A stretch of DNA of 64,000 nucleotides, from positions 8,547 to 72,546 of the IMG/VR virus record IMGVR_UViG_3300035532_000075. One strand, 5' to 3'. The position numbers and the translations under genes are program-made. This DNA is from a virus. This document shows positions 59,741 to 64,000 of this stretch, in pieces (the stretch's first letter is position 1; every line of letters begins with the position of its first letter). The notes under the pieces are model-generated. The model saw only the letters and a list, made by a program, of their open reading frames with translations, was not told the origin of the DNA and ran no database searches.

Positions 59741-60780
59741 TATGCCTCCAAAGACTTTCCTATTTTTTTACATTTAAATCCCTTGTGATGGTTTCTTCTT
59801 CCATAAGCCACCATACGTAACCCACCATCATTTAGATTATAATCTCTGCTAAAAGCACTTAAATTTTTTATTATTTTAATTCTACCATCTGGAAATGTAA
59901 TTTCCCAGTACTCACTCTTAGATTCAGCTACCGCTTTTACATGATCTTTAGATTTTTTCTTACCTTTACGCATCTTTGATAATTTAACTTTCGTCTCTTC
60001 GCTTACCAAAATACCCTTTCTAGAATTTGATATTTTCAACATAGCTTCTTTAGTATGCTTTCTACCAACCGAACCCTCACCACCTAAAGTCATGTTATAA
60101 CCATTTTTAAAAGAATCGTATTGTTTAATGTAATGGAACTCCATGTCATCAAGTTCTTTTTTTGAATCGCAATTTTCAATTACTTCCCATTTAAAACTAT
60201 CTTTTCCGTACTTCTTCAATGCTCTATGAAAATACATGGTTGGTTTTTCTTCATTAGATTTAGAAAAATGTTTAAGTTTTCTTTTATGAAAATCACAAAC
60301 TGTTTGTCCAATATATACTTTGCCATTAACTTTATTAGTTGCTTTATAAATTACACCATCTATTTTATAATCATTTTCTAATTGTTTATAGTACTTTGGC
60401 CTATTCCTACTATCTTCTACCGAACATGTTGGACATCTATGACCATTTCTCCAAGATTTCCAAATCATACTATTATTATGACCTCTTGGACAAATATATT
60501 TTAATTTAGTTTTACTATTTTTATATTCAGTAGATATTAATTTATATCCACAATCAGCAAAAGACTTATTAATAGTATGTATAGATGGTCTCAAAAATTT
60601 TGGGTCATTATGTGCTTTTTTACCTTGTTGCCAAGATTGCCAAGTGGTTTCAAATTCTTCACCTTCTGGTGATAAATATTTAAGAGGTTGTCTATTTCCT
60701 TTATAATCTAAACTCAATAAAATGCAACCTTCTTTTTCAAACTGCTCTTTTACAAAACCATATGTTAATCTTTTAGACAT
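59740..60780 (-). CDS. Free-standing GIY-YIG homing endonuclease with zinc-ribbon repeats and NUMOD3-like tail
   Basis: VIYKATNKVNGKVYIGQT; GRKHTKEAMLKIS and SEETKVKLS repeats; N-terminal LTYGFVKEQFEKEG repeat. Confidence 0.85.
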   Translation of the reverse strand: MSKRLTYGFVKEQFEKEGCILLSLDYKGNRQPLKYLSPEGEEFETTWQSWQQGKKAHNDPKFLRPSIHTINKSFADCGYKLISTEYKNSKTKLKYICPRGHNNSMIWKSWRNGHRCPTCSVEDSRNRPKYYKQLENDYKIDGVIYKATNKVNGKVYIGQTVCDFHKRKLKHFSKSNEEKPTMYFHRALKKYGKDSFKWEVIENCDSKKELDDMEFHYIKQYDSFKNGYNMTLGGEGSVGRKHTKEAMLKISNSRKGILVSEETKVKLSKMRKGKKKSKDHVKAVAESKSEYWEITFPDGRIKIIKNLSAFSRDYNLNDGGLRMVAYGRRNHHKGFKCKKIGKSLEA

Positions 60781-62758
60781 CTAATCTTTCCTTTAAAACA
60801 GTTTCAACAAAATTAATATAATCTTCCCCACTTAAAACTTCCTTGGCTCCTGCCAAAAAAGCATCACACTCTTCAGAGGACATATGTTTTACGTCTTCCC
60901 AAGAAGCCGCTTTTTTATTTGTTTTAGTAGGTTTTGTACCAGGCTGATTAGCTGGATCTGTGTTTGTAGTTTTCTGCTTAGTTTGGCCTTTTGGCCTGCC
61001 GTTAGATGGGGTCCCTGTAGGTGCATTTTGTGTATCTTGAACTCCTGATGGATTAGCAGCCTTTTGAAACGGAGATCCAATTATACCGAAGGTACCATCC
61101 TCTACAAGAGACAGTTCTTCTTGCATATTACGTAATTCATTGGCATAATCAAAGCCTAATGCCTCCAAAGCTGTCCTATAACTAAGCATACGACGATCCA
61201 CCAACTGAGCTAGCGTATTCATATAAAGAATTGTATCTTTAAGAACACCCTCATCCCATCTCACCTTGGGGAAACGGTCAAACCCCATTGCTTCTGCTAT
61301 TTGTCTGTATTCTCTGTATATCCAATTTTCAACTTGTCTACGAGCATAATTTACCTCTTCCATTATGCCCTTAGTCAAAAGTCCAACTTCGGCGGTATTT
61401 ATATCCCCACTGCCGTCAATAATTGCTCTAGTAACAGCAAGACCTGCTGTCATATCATCATTAACTTGGCCGTATTTTTCTTTACCTAAAATAGACTCGA
61501 TCTCTGGAGAAACTATCTTTTGAATATCCATAGTATGGTTCCATACTACGTCAAATCCCTTACTTGGGGTATTGAACAACTGAGAAACAGTCTCTAGCTC
61601 AGCTTGAGACGTAACTGGGTACTCATCATTACCAACCGTAATCTTTAATATATAATTAGAAATACCATCCAAAGTACTTATATCAGCATCCTTCAATTTC
61701 TGCTGATAATTTATTGTTTCAAATAAACGAGTACTTCTTGGCTTAGCATACCTCTCATAAGGCTGTTTTCTATAAGTTACAGATCCAACTAAACGAGAAT
61801 CTAGTTGAAATTCTCCACCTGACTCTGCGGCCTTCTTCATCTCGTTAGGTAAAGCTTTTATTAAAGCTCTTTCGTCCTCTGTCAATTCAGAAGTATTCTT
61901 CTTAAGAAGCTCGCCTAATTCTGGAGGAGGAGTTAGTTTTACAGAAATAGTATCAAATAGTAAATTACCTTCTATATTAACTGTTTGAGGATTGAGGACT
62001 GTATAAGATACAGGTAGATGCCCTTTAGACCAAATACTCTTTTTAGCAGCTCTTTCATAGGCTAACAATTCTACACCAGATATTCCGGCAGCTTTAGCTT
62101 TATTAACAAGACTACTATATTCTTTTTCTACGTCTTCTTGATACGAAGCATGTAGTTTATTTATACGTTCTAATTCACCTTTTGATGTTTTTGTTTTGAT
62201 ACTTGTTCCAGGAGCTGGAGATAATGTAGATACTCTAGGTTCATATTTAGCCAAAACTTTGTAAGTAGTAACATGACCAATTTTAAAAAAATCTAAAAAT
62301 ATCCATTCAAGCACCTGATCAAAATTAACATCAAACGCCCATACGTCAAAAAATTGCTTTATATTTTCATCATCAATGTCATTCTCAAAACCCTTCATAG
62401 CCAAAGATGCTAATACATTGGTAACAGATCCAAGTAGAGGGTTAGTATAATATAACCTATCAGCTTCCTTAAATAAATCTAAAGAATCAGTTTCATAAGG
62501 TGATTTAGATAGACCTAAATCCAAGTCTCCTCTAGAAATAGCATCCCTATTAATTGTAGCCGCACTACTCTTATAGATATGAGGATTAATCGCTGCGCCA
62601 GGTTTATCTAAAAAAGCTAAATTTTGTTTAGTAGGTGTTAGATAAAGTGTAGACGTACCTCTATCTTCATTAATCTCAATAGAATTAATACCAGCATTGG
62701 GATACTTGGTTTTAAGATCAGCAGTAAGTTTATTTATGTCAATTTGATCAGTTGTCAT
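60773..62758 (-). CDS. Putative portal protein
   Basis: 661 aa, between terminase and protease, helical, with a low-complexity C-terminal tail. Confidence 0.7.
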   Translation of the reverse strand: MTTDQIDINKLTADLKTKYPNAGINSIEINEDRGTSTLYLTPTKQNLAFLDKPGAAINPHIYKSSAATINRDAISRGDLDLGLSKSPYETDSLDLFKEADRLYYTNPLLGSVTNVLASLAMKGFENDIDDENIKQFFDVWAFDVNFDQVLEWIFLDFFKIGHVTTYKVLAKYEPRVSTLSPAPGTSIKTKTSKGELERINKLHASYQEDVEKEYSSLVNKAKAAGISGVELLAYERAAKKSIWSKGHLPVSYTVLNPQTVNIEGNLLFDTISVKLTPPPELGELLKKNTSELTEDERALIKALPNEMKKAAESGGEFQLDSRLVGSVTYRKQPYERYAKPRSTRLFETINYQQKLKDADISTLDGISNYILKITVGNDEYPVTSQAELETVSQLFNTPSKGFDVVWNHTMDIQKIVSPEIESILGKEKYGQVNDDMTAGLAVTRAIIDGSGDINTAEVGLLTKGIMEEVNYARRQVENWIYREYRQIAEAMGFDRFPKVRWDEGVLKDTILYMNTLAQLVDRRMLSYRTALEALGFDYANELRNMQEELSLVEDGTFGIIGSPFQKAANPSGVQDTQNAPTGTPSNGRPKGQTKQKTTNTDPANQPGTKPTKTNKKAASWEDVKHMSSEECDAFLAGAKEVLSGEDYINFVETVLKERLDV

Positions 62759-62770
62759 TAATATCCTTTA

Positions 62771-62986
62771 TTAAGTTAATACAGTACCACTAGTACCACT
62801 AACTGTAGTAGGATCAGTAGTAACAAGTTTGTATTTGTTAGTATCTTTGCGACCAATTAAATCATCAATAGTATAACTTACAGCAGCCCTACGTTTTGTG
62901 TAATCAACACCACTAGCTACTGGAGTTTTCCACCAAGGTTCATTCATGAAATCTGAATAATTTTCATTATTTTGATACGCTGACAT
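62771..62986 (-). CDS. Small hypothetical protein
   Basis: 71-aa ORF with AGGAG SD. Confidence 0.5.
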   Translation of the reverse strand: MSAYQNNENYSDFMNEPWWKTPVASGVDYTKRRAAVSYTIDDLIGRKDTNKYKLVTTDPTTVSGTSGTVLT

Positions 62987-63096
62987 AGTTATACGTTCTC
63001 CTTGAGTTTTTAATATAAGATAGGGGTAAACGAATTGTCAGCAGTAACTTAATTTCAACCACAACTCTTTAAACCCCATACCAACAATATTACTTA

Positions 63097-63113
63097 TATA
63101 ATAAGGGAGGTTA
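63097..63113 (-). promoter_or_regulatory. Candidate phage promoter motif TAACCT-N5-ATTATA (copy 3 of 3)
   Basis: Begins 5 nt after the terminase stop codon, upstream of the small ORF and portal. Confidence 0.45.
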
Positions 63114-63118
63114 GTTTA

Positions 63119-64000
63119 TTATTTCTTTTTAATTCTCTTTTTTAATATAGCAGACCCTAAAATATTATTAGTACTATTAAAATCAGTAACTAATGAATTA
63201 GATGTTTGTACAGCTGCTGAAAAAGGATTAAAATTTGCACCACTACCATTACGTAATCTAACCATTCCAGACCCATGATGTAGTATAGGTTTGTCATCTT
63301 CTTCTAACTCTTTTTCAAATGTACGGGCACCATGTGCTGCCAAAATTAATGCTGAATATAAATCTTTATGCATGGTTTTTGATGGAGTATCAAAATGCAA
63401 TATACCAGTGGTTGTTTGTGTAACTACTATACTTAATAATTGTGATTTAAGTGTATGTATACAATCATAAGCTTTGGATACTACATCTGAAGCGCCAACA
63501 GGTAATTCTGGAAAAAGTAAATGCTTAGATTCAAATAATGACTTAGTCGTAAAATTAGCATCTGAAATCCAAGCAGGATTAAAATTTACCATTTCTAAAA
63601 TATGACGACCGTCTTTAAAATCATTATCTGGATTAGATCTATCAAGAATTAGTTCTTTATTATCATAACCATCCTCCAATAAATCCATTATAGCTTTACC
63701 TCCGCCACCTTTATCCATGTAAATACGAATTATATTATACTGTTCGCACAAAGACTGTACAGCTTTTGTTAGTGCTTGTGTTGTTTGTTTCTTTAATTCA
63801 ATTACATTAACTATCTTATGCTCACTTCCAAGTTCTAAAATTATAACACCACAACTATCAGCCCCACCTTGATTAGGATCTACACCCATTATAAAATTAC
63901 CAGAACCACCCGTAAGATTTAAACCAAAACCAGATCCTAAAGTACAATCTTCTAATAAAGATGCTTTAAAAAAACCTTCTGAGTCATCTACCATGGCACC
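63119..64000 (-). CDS. terL: Terminase large subunit, C-terminal RNase H-like nuclease domain (5'-truncated by the window edge)
   Basis: IMGVDPNQGGADSCG, IYMDKGGGG, HKDLYSALILA. The frame stays open to the window edge. Confidence 0.8.
   Translation of the reverse strand, partial: GAMVDDSEGFFKASLLEDCTLGSGFGLNLTGGSGNFIMGVDPNQGGADSCGVIILELGSEHKIVNVIELKKQTTQALTKAVQSLCEQYNIIRIYMDKGGGGKAIMDLLEDGYDNKELILDRSNPDNDFKDGRHILEMVNFNPAWISDANFTTKSLFESKHLLFPELPVGASDVVSKAYDCIHTLKSQLLSIVVTQTTTGILHFDTPSKTMHKDLYSALILAAHGARTFEKELEEDDKPILHHGSGMVRLRNGSGANFNPFSAAVQTSNSLVTDFNSTNNILGSAILKKRIKKK

Noticed and set aside
1-64000. Alternative genetic code, tRNA genes, rRNA genes or inteins
   Set aside because: Long ORFs are open under the standard code and end in TAA, TAG or TGA. 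The in-frame stops in structural genes are explained by introns. No tRNA, rRNA or intein signatures were recognised by eye, though a tRNAscan or intein HMM search was not possible.

Overview
AT-rich segment of a large tailed bacteriophage genome holding the virion morphogenesis region, with every credible gene on the minus strand. Many genes have AGGAGG-type Shine-Dalgarno sites and there is no sign of stop-codon recoding. In transcription order (high to low coordinates): terminase large subunit (partial), portal, prohead protease, scaffold, capsid decoration protein, major capsid protein, neck and tail-completion genes, major tail tube, two tail assembly chaperones, a 7,933-aa tape measure protein (TMP), tail-tip genes and three paralogous Ig-domain virion proteins. 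No sheath gene is evident, so a long non-contractile tail is inferred. The main result is that the TMP carries, N-terminal of its tape-measure core, a single-chain two-barrel RNA polymerase with beta-like then beta'-like motifs in rpoB-rpoC order and an intact DFDGD. It also carries a PD-(D/E)XK nuclease and a C-terminal HExxH metallopeptidase-like domain. TMP-fused virion RNA polymerase has a precedent in Thermus phage P23-45, but I do not know this extra cargo from that system. The capsid and tail tube genes are each split by a group I intron with a LAGLIDADG gene, and exact splice sites can be reconstructed. A tnpB-only IS200/IS605 element sits inside a decayed HNH gene. A degenerate ComD/ComE-like decarboxylase pair lies among structural genes. 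All family assignments come from motif recognition by eye; no database searches were run.
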